Shown here: positions 39,277 through 48,310 of the stretch, in pieces | How positions within the stretch are numbered: position 1 is the stretch's first letter | Layout: every line of letters begins with the position of its first letter | Assembly (NCBI GenBank): GCA_036488085.1 | Contig: DASXHZ010000029.1 | Span: 42,860-106,859, forward strand | Origin: Thermoanaerobaculia bacterium | GTDB lineage: Bacteria; Acidobacteriota; Thermoanaerobaculia; Gp7-AA8 | Direction: 5' to 3' | DNA length: 64,000 nucleotides | Notes under the pieces: generated by a model | What the model saw: only the letters and a program-made list of their open reading frames with translations | The model's database searches: none | Told to the model about the DNA's origin: nothing | Made by a program: the position numbers and the translations under genes

Positions 39277-39576
39277 ATGGTGGAAGAGACGACAACCGCG
39301 AGCCCGGGCGACGGGGCTGACGACAACACCGATGAGACCGCCGGCCGCTTCGGCCGCGCGAAAGACTACGTGAACGAGCAATACGGCCGGGCGTCGGGCA
39401 AAGTGCGCGACGGCTACAACAGCGTGCGCGAGAAGGTCGAAGACGTCGACTTTGGCGCGATCACCGACCAGGTACGGAGCTACGTCCGCTCCAACCCCGG
39501 CAAGGCGCTCCTGATCTCGGTCGGCGTCGGATTCGTCGTCGGCCTGATGCTGCGCCGCGACGACAACGGGGACTGA
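39277..39576 (+). CDS. DUF883/ElaB-YqjD-family membrane-anchored protein
   Basis: Hydrophilic N-terminus, conserved ...NPGKALLISVGVGFVVGLML C-terminal TM anchor. Confidence 0.65.
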   Translation: MVEETTTASPGDGADDNTDETAGRFGRAKDYVNEQYGRASGKVRDGYNSVREKVEDVDFGAITDQVRSYVRSNPGKALLISVGVGFVVGLMLRRDDNGD

Positions 39577-39911
39577 TGATGGCGACGCGCAACAAAGACG
39601 ACGACTTCGAGCGCTCGGCGGCGGGGATGGACTACGAGGACCCGATCCGCGAGCGTGCCGCATCGATCGGCGCCTCCATCGCCGAAAACGGCCCCGAGGT
39701 GATCTTCGAGGAGATCGAGAACCTCTTGCCGGAGGAGTGGCGCGAGCAGATCAAGACCTTCCCGCTCGCCGCGATGCTCCTCGGCCTCGGCGTCGGCATC
39801 TTTCTCGGGATGAAGAAAGGCGACGACATCATTGCCGCCGGCTCCGCTCTCGTGACCTCCGCGGCGATGTCGAACGTGAACGAAGTACTGGGGAAAGTGG
39901 GCAGCCGGTAA
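39576..39911 (+). CDS. Small membrane protein, possible second ElaB-like paralogue
   Basis: Acidic N-terminus plus C-terminal TM (PLAAMLLGLGVGIFLGM). ATGA overlap with the previous gene. Confidence 0.5.
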   Translation: MMATRNKDDDFERSAAGMDYEDPIRERAASIGASIAENGPEVIFEEIENLLPEEWREQIKTFPLAAMLLGLGVGIFLGMKKGDDIIAAGSALVTSAAMSNVNEVLGKVGSR

Positions 39912-39960
39912 TCTGGACACTTGTCACGGCATCGCGCGGACCGCACAATAGGAACGCGCG

Positions 39961-40413
39961 ATGCCGCCGATGCTCCCGCTGCCCGATAACGCCCGGAACT
40001 ACCTCGAGTCGCTGGCTGGCGACGTCCACCGGGCGTATTTTTGGAAGGTGCCGCCGCTGCCGGTGCGGTGGGGGCAGCAGATCACGCGGAAGCGGCGGCG
40101 TTCGATCCGGCTCGGGTCGTACAACCATGTGACGACCGAGATCCGGATCCATCCGCTGTTGCGTGGGGCGAACGTGCCGGCGTACGTGCTCGAGTCGATC
40201 ATCCACCACGAGTACCTGCACCACATATTGGGGCCGCACCACAACCGTCGGTTCCATGCGAACGAGCGGAAGTTCCGGTACTACCGCGAGTCTCAGGAGT
40301 GGATCCGGCGACATCTGTTCCTGCTGCTGGGGCGGAAGCGGAGCGAGCTGCGGTCGCGGAGGGAGATCGCGCCGGCGGCCGAGACGCCGCGCGTACAGCT
40401 CGCGCTGTTCTAG
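39961..40413 (+). CDS. HExxH zinc-metallopeptidase-like protein (DUF45/YgjP/SprT-like)
   Basis: HEYLHH motif within a YgjP-like context. Basic C-terminus. Confidence 0.55.
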   Translation: MPPMLPLPDNARNYLESLAGDVHRAYFWKVPPLPVRWGQQITRKRRRSIRLGSYNHVTTEIRIHPLLRGANVPAYVLESIIHHEYLHHILGPHHNRRFHANERKFRYYRESQEWIRRHLFLLLGRKRSELRSRREIAPAAETPRVQLALF

Positions 40414-40419
40414 CGGTAC

Positions 40420-40645
40420 GGCACCGCGGCACGTGAACTCTCTAAGAGTACAACTGTACTTTATGAGAGTACGCTACGGATCTCAATGCGTACAATTGCC
40501 GTCCCGAGTATGACAGTCGTACATCTTAAGCGTCCGTATCTACTTTTCACCCGCCTATATCTACTCTCAGAGATCCTATTTGTATGTGAGAGGCTCGCAG
40601 TTGTACTTCACATGAGTACATCTGTACTGTCCGTGAGTACGACGG
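40420..40645. repeat. AT-rich (~45% GC) convergent intergenic region with GTAC-rich palindromes
   Basis: AGTACAACTGTACT (40447-40460) and AGTACATCTGTACT (40615-40628), both perfect 6+2+6 palindromes. Additional imperfect copies (TATGACAGTCGTA, GAGTACGACGG). Direct repeat TATCTACT x2. Confidence 0.5.
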
Positions 40646-42244
40646 TCAAACCTCAGCGTCCATGAGGGCGCGAAGGTCCGCGAGTGACGCTGCGTCAACG
40701 CGCTCGCGAGACATCGCCGCGACCATGCGCTCCACGCCCGCTTTATGCCGGCGGTCGAACCGATCGTCGACAGCGACCGGAAACCGCGTGATCGCAGCGG
40801 CTTTCGTCACACGTGGGCGGAGCGTTGAAGCTGCAGGCAGCACCTCCGCCGGCGAGAGCGGCTTGAGAAACTCGCGCCGGACGCGGTTCTTCGCCGCGAT
40901 CGTGGCGACAATCTTCGTCTCGCCGCCGCGCGGCAGGAAGTAGATGGCCCGGACGTTGTCGCGCGTCTGCCCGATACGGTGCGCGCGTCCGTTGCGTTGA
41001 TCGAGCCTCGCGGGGTTCCACGGGATGTCGTAATGCACAACCACGGCGGCGCGCTGCAGGTTGAGCCCCTCGCTGGCGAAGTCGGTGGTGACGACGACGT
41101 CGATCGCGCCGCGCTGGAACGCGTCGATCGCGCCGCGGCCGTCGCGTGCGGTCGCGACGCCGCAATGCAAGCCAGCGGCGACCTGGCGCGCTGTCGCCAC
41201 CGATCCGGTGAAGATCAGCGCCGGCTCGGTCGGTAGCGCGGCGCGCAGAAGGTCCAGTTTGTTCGAACCGTTCCGCTCCGCGAAGGACTGCACGGCGGCG
41301 AGTCGCTGCATTTCGTCGCGGATGGCGCCGGTATCGAGATCCGACGCCGGAGCCCAGACGTCCCAGAAGAGGACCTGCTGAAACGGCTCCCCTTCCTCCT
41401 CGTGCGCGAACGCGCGGCGGTACTCGCGTTTCGTGAGCGGACGCCCGCTCTCGAGCACCCGCTCGTAGAAGCGGAGCTGGCGTTTCACCGACTCGATCAA
41501 TGCGGCCTCGCTCGACTCGAGCCGGCGCCAGAGGAAACGTCGCAGCAGCGGCGCGGCGCCGGTGAGCGGGAACTGCAGCGCGTCGATCGGCGCCGCGACG
41601 ACCGCGTGCCGGATCACGCGCCGCTCGAGGGAACCGAACTGCAGACGCTCCGGAAGGACGCTGCGGTCGCGGCGGATGAGCAGCGCGCCGAGGATGCTTC
41701 CGATCGCGTCGCGATCATGGGTCTCGAATGCGAGATCGATCGACGCCACGCCGCGGCCGAGGAGAATGTCGTCGCGGGCGATCAACGCGAGCAGAGAGTG
41801 AAGGTCACGCGCCGAGTTGCAGAGCGGCATTGCGGTGACGAGGAGGACGCGCGCGGCGAGGGTCCGCCTCGCCAGCGCGTCGTAACGCTGGGTCGCCGGA
41901 TTCCGGAACGCATGCGCCTCGTCGACGATGACGAGACGCGGAACCGCAGGATCGGCGATGCGCGGCGAGCGCGCGAGTGTGTCGTGCGTCTCGATCCGCG
42001 CGTCGACGCCGAATTGCCGGAGCGTCTGCTGCCACTGCACGACCAGCGATGCGGGGACGATGAGCTCCACCTCACCGGCGAATCGTTTCGCCACCGCGGC
42101 GGCAACGAACGACTTCCCGAGGCCCGCCTCGTCGGCGAGGATGACTCCGCCGAACGCGTCGATGGCGGCGACGGCGCGGGAAACCGCCTCGACCTGGTGC
42201 TCAGCGAGCAAGGCGGTGGTCGACGAAGCGGCGGAGCGTCGCAA
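40646..42244 (-). CDS. SNF2-family (SF2) helicase/ATPase, compact form without accessory N-terminal domain
   Basis: Q-motif/motif I ...HQVEAV...ADEAGLGKS, motif II VIVDEAHAFRN, helicase-C block HYDIPWNPARLDQRNGRAHRIGQ. The start is a non-ATG codon (TTG at 42244 or 42211), overlapping the methyltransferase gene. Confidence 0.85.
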   Translation of the reverse strand: MRRSAASSTTALLAEHQVEAVSRAVAAIDAFGGVILADEAGLGKSFVAAAVAKRFAGEVELIVPASLVVQWQQTLRQFGVDARIETHDTLARSPRIADPAVPRLVIVDEAHAFRNPATQRYDALARRTLAARVLLVTAMPLCNSARDLHSLLALIARDDILLGRGVASIDLAFETHDRDAIGSILGALLIRRDRSVLPERLQFGSLERRVIRHAVVAAPIDALQFPLTGAAPLLRRFLWRRLESSEAALIESVKRQLRFYERVLESGRPLTKREYRRAFAHEEEGEPFQQVLFWDVWAPASDLDTGAIRDEMQRLAAVQSFAERNGSNKLDLLRAALPTEPALIFTGSVATARQVAAGLHCGVATARDGRGAIDAFQRGAIDVVVTTDFASEGLNLQRAAVVVHYDIPWNPARLDQRNGRAHRIGQTRDNVRAIYFLPRGGETKIVATIAAKNRVRREFLKPLSPAEVLPAASTLRPRVTKAAAITRFPVAVDDRFDRRHKAGVERMVAAMSRERVDAASLADLRALMDAEV

Positions 42245-45206
42245 GCTCCTTCTGCGTGACGCCGTACAGCTTCGCCACCGCCTGATCGACTTCGTCGTCC
42301 ATGTCCCGGCCGGCGTGAGCGCGACGGGCGAGGCGCGTCAGCGTGGCAGCACTTTCGATCGGCACCAGCGGAAGTTGCGCAACGGTGCGGCCGAACATTC
42401 GAAAATGTGCATCCTTCGCGCGCTCGGCAACGGCGAGCAGCAACGCATTGGCAATGGTGGAGTTGAGGATCGCGCTGAGCGCGTACGCCTCGTCGAGCGA
42501 GGCCGCGTCGATCGAGTAAAGCGTCTGGTTGGGAACGAGCGGCACCGCGCGGCCGTTTACGTCAACGGAGTCGGGCAGCACCGCGGCGGTCATTCCGCGC
42601 GAGACGTCCTTCCACGCGACCTTGATCCCGACATGCTCCGGCTTCACGTAGGCCAGCGAAAAATCAGAAGGGTCGACGCCGCGCGCTGCGGCGAGGTTCC
42701 GCAGCCAACGCGGAGGAGTCTTCCAACCTTTTCGCGGCGGCCACACCATCCACTCCGAAGCGCCGGCACTCCAACGTTTGAGATCGCGTCCGCGCACGCA
42801 GCGCGCGACATGCGCCAGCGGGATGCAGTGGCGTTCACCCGTGATGAGCGCCGAGCCGCGGACGCGGCATTCGCCCAGGAAGAACGCGTGGTTGTCGCCC
42901 GTCTTCACGCCCATGAGCGGGCGGCGGCCGAGCGTGATCGCGAGCGGCCGGTGGGCGGCACGAAGACGGCGCAAAACGGCGGCGGCATCGGTCGGTACGA
43001 GCGCCCACTCGCAGGTCGCCGCGAGGTCTTCGTGCGTGAGGCGAAAGGAAACATCGTCGTCGACGACGAGCACCTGCCCGCGCGGTCGTCTCTTCGCGAG
43101 CGTCAGACCGAGCGGGAACGTGTCGGCGTCGAAATGACGCTTCGCGCTCGCGCTCCAGTCTTCGATCGCAACGACGTCATGCTGCATCGCCGCGCGACGC
43201 AGAGGCGCGGCATATCCGGCATTGAGAATCTTCGCCGGCATCAGCATCGACACGACGCCGCCCTCGGCTGCAAGCGAGAGGGCACGCTCGAAGAAGGCGA
43301 GCGAGAGATCGGGCTGGTGAAATGCGGCGCCGCCGTACGCAGGCCGGAAGAACGCGTATCGATCCGCCACCATCCGTTTCGCGCGCGCGTCGATGCGCGC
43401 GTTGCGGACCCAAGGCGGATTGCCCGCCACGACGTCGAAGCCGCCGCCCGCCATCACCGGCGCGAAGTGGACGTCGAACGAGAAAAAGTCGAGCGTCCCA
43501 TCTTCGATGCGATCGAGCGTGCGGCGATGATCGGCGATACGCGCGTGCAGCTCACGGCAGCGTTCGAGGTCGGCGTTCAGCGCCCGTCCGAAGAGATCGT
43601 GTTGCGGAGCCGTGAGGTGCCGCAACTCCGCCTCATCGGCGTCGATGGAGCGCGCCACGAGATCCGACGCCAGGCGGCGATCGTTCTCGCGAATCAGACG
43701 CGCGAGCGCCGGCCGCTCGTCGCGCGGCGAGTGACGATAGCGGTTGAGCAGGTCGCTCTGCGCGCGCAACGCGTAGACCCATTCGCGATAGATCTCGCCG
43801 CGCGAGTCGCCGAGAAAGTCGGCCGGGCCGAGGAGGGAATTGCCCTGGAGAATGTTCCGGTCGAGGTTCGGAAGGGGCGGGATGTCTTCAACCTCGGCGT
43901 CGGTCGTCGAGACGATGGCGAGCCAGAGCCGCAACTCGCAGAGGCGGACCGCTTCCGGCTTGAGATCGACGCCGTAGAGCGATCGCTCCACGATCTGCTG
44001 GCGAAGGTTCGCGGCAACCGGTACGTTCGCGTCGCCGCTCAGCGTTCGCGTCAGCCGCTCGATGACGCCGAGCGACGACAGCAAGAATGCCCCCGAGCCG
44101 CACGCGGGATCGAGAACCGTGATCGACTCTAGTCGCCCGAGCTTCTCCAGCGAGTCGCCTTCGCCGAGCCACTCGACGACCGCCCGTTCGGTGAGCACGT
44201 CGACGATCTCTCGCGGCGTGTAGAAGCTGCCGCTTGCCGCACGTTCGCCGGCGGCCATGAGCGACTCGAACACTTTGCCGAGCATCTCCGGGTCGACATG
44301 CGTGCCGGCGGAGTCGCGTTCGTTGCTCGAAAAGTCGAACCGTTCGAAAACGTCTTCGATGATGCGGCGCATCAAATCGTCATCGACGTCGAGCGACGGC
44401 TGCCGCCATTCGAATGCCGACGGCTCGAAAAGACCGCCATTCAGATACGGGATGCGGCCGAGCCGCAGCGCGGTGATATCGCGATCGCGCAGCGGCGTGT
44501 TGAGACAGCCGAAGAAGAGTGGCGAGAGCACAGTCGCGAAAAATTCGCGCTGCTGCAGCCGGTCGAACAGGAACCGGCGCTCGCCGTTGAGCCACCCTTT
44601 CTCCTGAACGAACGACAGAAACAGCAATCGCGACAGGATCAGCAGCGCCTCGGCGTCACACGCATCGCGCGACTCCTGGGCGCAGCTCGCGGCAAGCGAC
44701 TTCGCAACCTCTCCTACGGCGTCGCGGAATCGCTCGAAGAATCGCCGCGTGACCGATTCGCGGTCGAGCGCGAGGTCGAAGACCTTCGCCAGCGCGTTCG
44801 GCTCCGTCGCCGCGAGGAGATTGAGGCGGTCGATCGCGTGCGATGACGGCGATTCGAGATCGACGTCGAGACGCCGAAGCGTGCGATGTGGCGACAGGTC
44901 GTAGACCGATAATGAGCCATGGCGCTCGTGCAGCACGGCGGACTTCGTCAGCACGTTGTACTCGCGATACGTCTTCAGGAACTCGAACAGCGCTCCCTCT
45001 TCCGCGTCGCCGCGGAGATGAAAGAGATCGAAGCGGCGCAGGCGCGCCGCGAGTGAGAACGAAGACGTACCGTTCCAGCCAACGGCAACACCGGCGCGGC
45101 GCCACTCGGCGGGATCGATGGCCACCGACGCAATCGCGTACCCGAGGTCGCGAAAGAGGGCGAGGGTGTCGCCGTGCAGCTCACGGATGCGCGCGGCGGT
45201 CAGCAC
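42201..45206 (-). CDS. PglX/MmeI-like (Type IIL / BREX-type) gamma-class N6-adenine DNA methyltransferase, 1001 aa
   Basis: Motif X/I FYTPREIVDVL ... LDPACGSGAFL. Motif IV VVAGNPPWV. Upstream helical block LLILSRLLFLSFVQEKGWL typical of the MmeI/PglX family. Characteristic C-terminal ...AKLYGVTQKELATL. Confidence 0.85.
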   Translation of the reverse strand: MLTAARIRELHGDTLALFRDLGYAIASVAIDPAEWRRAGVAVGWNGTSSFSLAARLRRFDLFHLRGDAEEGALFEFLKTYREYNVLTKSAVLHERHGSLSVYDLSPHRTLRRLDVDLESPSSHAIDRLNLLAATEPNALAKVFDLALDRESVTRRFFERFRDAVGEVAKSLAASCAQESRDACDAEALLILSRLLFLSFVQEKGWLNGERRFLFDRLQQREFFATVLSPLFFGCLNTPLRDRDITALRLGRIPYLNGGLFEPSAFEWRQPSLDVDDDLMRRIIEDVFERFDFSSNERDSAGTHVDPEMLGKVFESLMAAGERAASGSFYTPREIVDVLTERAVVEWLGEGDSLEKLGRLESITVLDPACGSGAFLLSSLGVIERLTRTLSGDANVPVAANLRQQIVERSLYGVDLKPEAVRLCELRLWLAIVSTTDAEVEDIPPLPNLDRNILQGNSLLGPADFLGDSRGEIYREWVYALRAQSDLLNRYRHSPRDERPALARLIRENDRRLASDLVARSIDADEAELRHLTAPQHDLFGRALNADLERCRELHARIADHRRTLDRIEDGTLDFFSFDVHFAPVMAGGGFDVVAGNPPWVRNARIDARAKRMVADRYAFFRPAYGGAAFHQPDLSLAFFERALSLAAEGGVVSMLMPAKILNAGYAAPLRRAAMQHDVVAIEDWSASAKRHFDADTFPLGLTLAKRRPRGQVLVVDDDVSFRLTHEDLAATCEWALVPTDAAAVLRRLRAAHRPLAITLGRRPLMGVKTGDNHAFFLGECRVRGSALITGERHCIPLAHVARCVRGRDLKRWSAGASEWMVWPPRKGWKTPPRWLRNLAAARGVDPSDFSLAYVKPEHVGIKVAWKDVSRGMTAAVLPDSVDVNGRAVPLVPNQTLYSIDAASLDEAYALSAILNSTIANALLLAVAERAKDAHFRMFGRTVAQLPLVPIESAATLTRLARRAHAGRDMDDEVDQAVAKLYGVTQKELATLRRFVDHRLAR

Positions 45207-45301
45207 CGCTGTTCACCCGTCGCGAACGCCCGCCAGATCGCCGGCCCGTCGATGCGGACATCCTTCGCTCCTCGGAAGAGGACGAATAGACTTCGCCCCC
45301 G

Positions 45302-46966
45302 ATGGTCCGATGGGCGTACATGAAGCGGTTCCTGGCAGGGGCGCTCTTCGGCCTCTACGCCGCGCACCTCCTCTATCTGCTCAACCCGCAGGTGGAGGTC
45401 ACGCCCGCGAAGCTCATCGGCGTCACGCTCTTCTACGCCGCCATCGGCGGTCTCCTCTTCGGCACCGCCCTCTGGCTCCTGCGCATCGCGCGCGTCCGCC
45501 TCTTCGGCAAGCCGGCCACGAACGGCTACCGCCCCCACGGCTTCGGCTTCATCGTCCTCGCCGCCTTCATCGCCGCGACGGTCTACTGGATCCACCTCGA
45601 CGCCGTGCGCGCCTATCTCCCGATCGACGCCGTGCACCTGCTCATCAAGGCGACGAACCTGATCACACTCGTGGCGTTCATCTTCCTGCTGCTCTGGTTC
45701 TTCGAGCGCAACGCAAGCCGGCGCGTCTCCCGCGCCATCTTCGTGACCGCGCTGCTCACCGTGGTCGTCTCGTCGGTCTTCCTCTACGAGCGCCGCGATA
45801 CGTACCGGACGGAGAAGAAGAGCGTGGTGGTCGCGAACATCGGGACGATCGCCGGCGAGCGGCCGGTGATCGTGGTCGCGATCCGCAGTCTCCCCTACGA
45901 CTGGATCGTGCAGCTCGCCGGCGAAGGGAACCTCCCGTTCTTCGACGCGGCCCGCCAGCACGCCTACTTCGCCCGCATGGAGCCGTTCGCCACCTCGAGC
46001 GACAAGGCGCTGTGGGCCTCGCTCGCGACTGGGAAGCTGCCATACCGGCACGGCGTGACCGGGAGCTACTCGTATACGACTCCGCTCAACCGCGACGAGC
46101 CGTTCCTGCTCCTGCCGAGCGGCGTCGGCTTCCACGTCTGGGGCCTGCTCCCCCCCGTGGAGCGCATCTCGGCCTCGCTCCCCTCGGGGAACGCGCTGCC
46201 GCTCTGGACGATGTTCGAGCGCCTCTCGTTCCACGCCGCCGTCGTGAATTGGCCGAAGGCACAGCGCGGGAGCGCCAGCATCGTCGTGACGGACGCCGCG
46301 ATCCGCACCGCCCCGTACGTGAACGTCGCCAATATCGCGACGCTCGCGCAGAAGTTCGACGGCACCGGGAAGGCACGGCCGCGCATCCTCCGCGGGCTGG
46401 CGGCCGACGTCGATGCCGTCAATATGCTCCGCAGCATCGCGGCGCAGCGGACGCTCGGGCTGAACGTCGTCGCTTTGGACGGCTTCTCGGAGGCGCAGCG
46501 CGCGCTGCACATCTACGCGAACGCTCTCCCTCCCCGCACTTCGATGAAGGGGGAGGCGCTCCGTGCCTACGTCGTGCAGCTCGATGCGCTGCTCGCCGGC
46601 GTCGCCCGCGACTATCCGGACCATGTGCTGGTGGTGACTTCGCCCAGCGGCCCGGCCGCCCCTCCCCTCCCCGTCACGCCGTACGCGTTCGTCCGCGAGG
46701 CGCTCGCGGTCGACGATCCCGGCGCCGACGACGGATTCGTGGTGATCACCGGCATCGGCACCACGCACCGCGACAACCCCGCCGCGGCGAAGGTCGACGA
46801 CATCGTGCCGACGACGCTGTTCGCCGCCGGTCTCCCCGCCGGCCGCGACATGGACGGCTCGGTGCTCACCGCCGCGTTCGACGACGCTTTCCTGCGGCGC
46901 AATGCGCTCTCGCTCATCGCCACGTATGAGGCGAAGCAGATCGTGGTGCGGCGGGGCGGTCCGTAG
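45302..46966 (+). CDS. Membrane-anchored alkaline-phosphatase-superfamily protein (nucleotide pyrophosphatase/phosphodiesterase-like)
   Basis: Four to five N-terminal TM helices. AP-superfamily block ...SLATGKLPYRHGVTG. The long minus-strand ORF 45200..47050 is an antisense artefact. Confidence 0.65.
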   Translation: MVRWAYMKRFLAGALFGLYAAHLLYLLNPQVEVTPAKLIGVTLFYAAIGGLLFGTALWLLRIARVRLFGKPATNGYRPHGFGFIVLAAFIAATVYWIHLDAVRAYLPIDAVHLLIKATNLITLVAFIFLLLWFFERNASRRVSRAIFVTALLTVVVSSVFLYERRDTYRTEKKSVVVANIGTIAGERPVIVVAIRSLPYDWIVQLAGEGNLPFFDAARQHAYFARMEPFATSSDKALWASLATGKLPYRHGVTGSYSYTTPLNRDEPFLLLPSGVGFHVWGLLPPVERISASLPSGNALPLWTMFERLSFHAAVVNWPKAQRGSASIVVTDAAIRTAPYVNVANIATLAQKFDGTGKARPRILRGLAADVDAVNMLRSIAAQRTLGLNVVALDGFSEAQRALHIYANALPPRTSMKGEALRAYVVQLDALLAGVARDYPDHVLVVTSPSGPAAPPLPVTPYAFVREALAVDDPGADDGFVVITGIGTTHRDNPAAAKVDDIVPTTLFAAGLPAGRDMDGSVLTAAFDDAFLRRNALSLIATYEAKQIVVRRGGP

Positions 46967-46971
46967 CGCGC

Positions 46972-47571
46972 TCAACGCTCCACCCAATTCTTTCCGCCGA
47001 GATATCGGAGGATGCGCACTTTGGCGCTGACGCCGTACACCCGCGCACACCAGATCTCGCCGTTGCTGTCAGTGAGGTAGATGCTCCCGGACGTCGCCGC
47101 GCCGATGGGGGAAAAAGAGCAGATGGCCGAGGTGCCGAATTGCACCGGCGAGTCGGTCGGCTTGAGCTTGTCGCCGTCGGGATCGATGATCGTCTTCGAC
47201 GGGACGGCGATGGAGGCGAAACGGACGGTGTTGAGGACCCGCTTCGGCCGCGCGATCATTTTGTCGATGCCGCTGTCGATCTCCGCGGTCTTGATGCCAT
47301 TGCCGTTGCGGTCGTCGTAGAGGGAGTACATCCAGACGGCGCCGCTCTTCGTGAAGCGGACGCCGACGTTGCGCCCGCTCGTGATGGCGCGCATGCGCGC
47401 GCCGCGAAAGACGCTCTGCAGTTCCTCGGCTGCCGCATGGACGGCGGCATGCCGCTGCAGCGTGAGCCATGACGGCATCGCGATGGCGCTGAAGAGGCCA
47501 ACGATGGCGATGACTGTGAGGAGCTCGGTGATGGTGTAGCCGGAGTTGAGGTTCGGTCTGCGATTGGACAC
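46972..47571 (-). CDS. Prepilin-type N-terminal cleavage/methylation domain protein (pseudopilin, GspH/FimT-like)
   Basis: Class III signal GYTITELLTVIAIVGLFSAIAMP. Confidence 0.75.
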   Translation of the reverse strand: MSNRRPNLNSGYTITELLTVIAIVGLFSAIAMPSWLTLQRHAAVHAAAEELQSVFRGARMRAITSGRNVGVRFTKSGAVWMYSLYDDRNGNGIKTAEIDSGIDKMIARPKRVLNTVRFASIAVPSKTIIDPDGDKLKPTDSPVQFGTSAICSFSPIGAATSGSIYLTDSNGEIWCARVYGVSAKVRILRYLGGKNWVER

Positions 47572-47604
47572 ACGTTCTCCTTTCTGGGTTGCGGGGTTGC
47601 GTGG

Positions 47605-47669
47605 GATGCGCGCCGCGTTACTCGGCGGCGCGCATCGAAGGTAAGAGCGCGCCGCGTTCGCGGCGCGCT
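47605..47669. repeat. Two tandem GC-rich perfect hairpins sharing core GCGCGCCGCG...CGCGGCGCGC
   Basis: Hairpin 1: 11-bp stem GATGCGCGCCG / CGGCGCGCATC (47605-47636). Hairpin 2: 11-bp stem AGCGCGCCGCG / CGCGGCGCGCT with TT loop (47646-47669). Located between the comEA stop and the pilin-like gene start. Confidence 0.5.
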
Positions 47670-47685
47670 TAGGTGGTGGGACGGC

Positions 47686-48030
47686 CTACTTCGAGGCCGT
47701 GGGGGTGGGCTTGCGCGTCTTGCGCGGGGAGGAGACTTTCGCCGTCAGCGTCGTCTTGCCTTCGACGGCGAGGTAGGCGCTCAGCTTGTCGAACCGCTTC
47801 TGGCCGAAGCCTTTCACCTGCATCAGGTCCGTCGCCTTGTGGAACGGCCCGTGCGCGGTGCGGTAGTCGATGATCTGCTGCGCTGCCTTGACGCCGATGC
47901 GCGGGAGGTATCCGAGTTGCGCGGCGTCGGCGGTGTTGAGGTTGACCACACCCGGCACGTCGGCGAGGGCCGCCGTGGCGAGCGAGAGGATGAGGATTCC
48001 GAGAAGCAGGATCGCGGGGGACTTCCGCAT
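47686..48030 (-). CDS. comEA: ComEA-family helix-hairpin-helix DNA-binding protein
   Basis: Signal peptide plus HhH block VNLNTADAAQLGYLPRIGVKAAQQIIDYRTAHGPF...KGFGQKRFDKL. Confidence 0.8.
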   Translation of the reverse strand: MRKSPAILLLGILILSLATAALADVPGVVNLNTADAAQLGYLPRIGVKAAQQIIDYRTAHGPFHKATDLMQVKGFGQKRFDKLSAYLAVEGKTTLTAKVSSPRKTRKPTPTASK

Positions 48031-48310
48031 GGGTCTTGTTCTCCTTTCGATTGTTTTGGTTGTGTTGTTTGGTTGACTGTCGATGCGTTGTTTGGCTGAT
48101 TACCCACACTTGAACTTCCATCTGTCTCTTCTGATCACGCCTTATCTCTCTTCGGCACCACCTCCTTTCGCCGGGACGTAGTTCAAGCGGTCCGCCGAAG
48201 TGGCAGATCAGCGCAAGTGGTTGCGCGGTTACGGGGTTACGCGGTTTGGAGGGGTTGGCGGGGCGTCAAGAAACGACTACGCGGGGGAGCGGACGCAAAG
48301 GTTCTTGACG

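Noticed and set aside
40486-40665. 59-aa ORF inside the GTAC-repeat region
   Set aside because: Val/Tyr/Leu-rich composition is a direct consequence of the GTAC palindromes. There is no RBS, and it overlaps the helicase stop. More likely non-coding.
45302-46966. AP-superfamily protein as a BREX PglZ component next to the methyltransferase
   Set aside because: It is divergently transcribed, has a 4-5 helix membrane anchor, and carries nucleotide-pyrophosphatase-type motifs (TGKLPYRHGVTG) rather than PglZ-domain features. So it is not counted as part of a BREX locus.
45200-47050. 616-aa minus-strand ORF
   Set aside because: Arg/Asp/Gly/Glu-rich low-complexity translation, typical of antisense frames in high-GC DNA. 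The plus-strand ORF 45302..46966 has a coherent TM plus alkaline-phosphatase-superfamily sequence.
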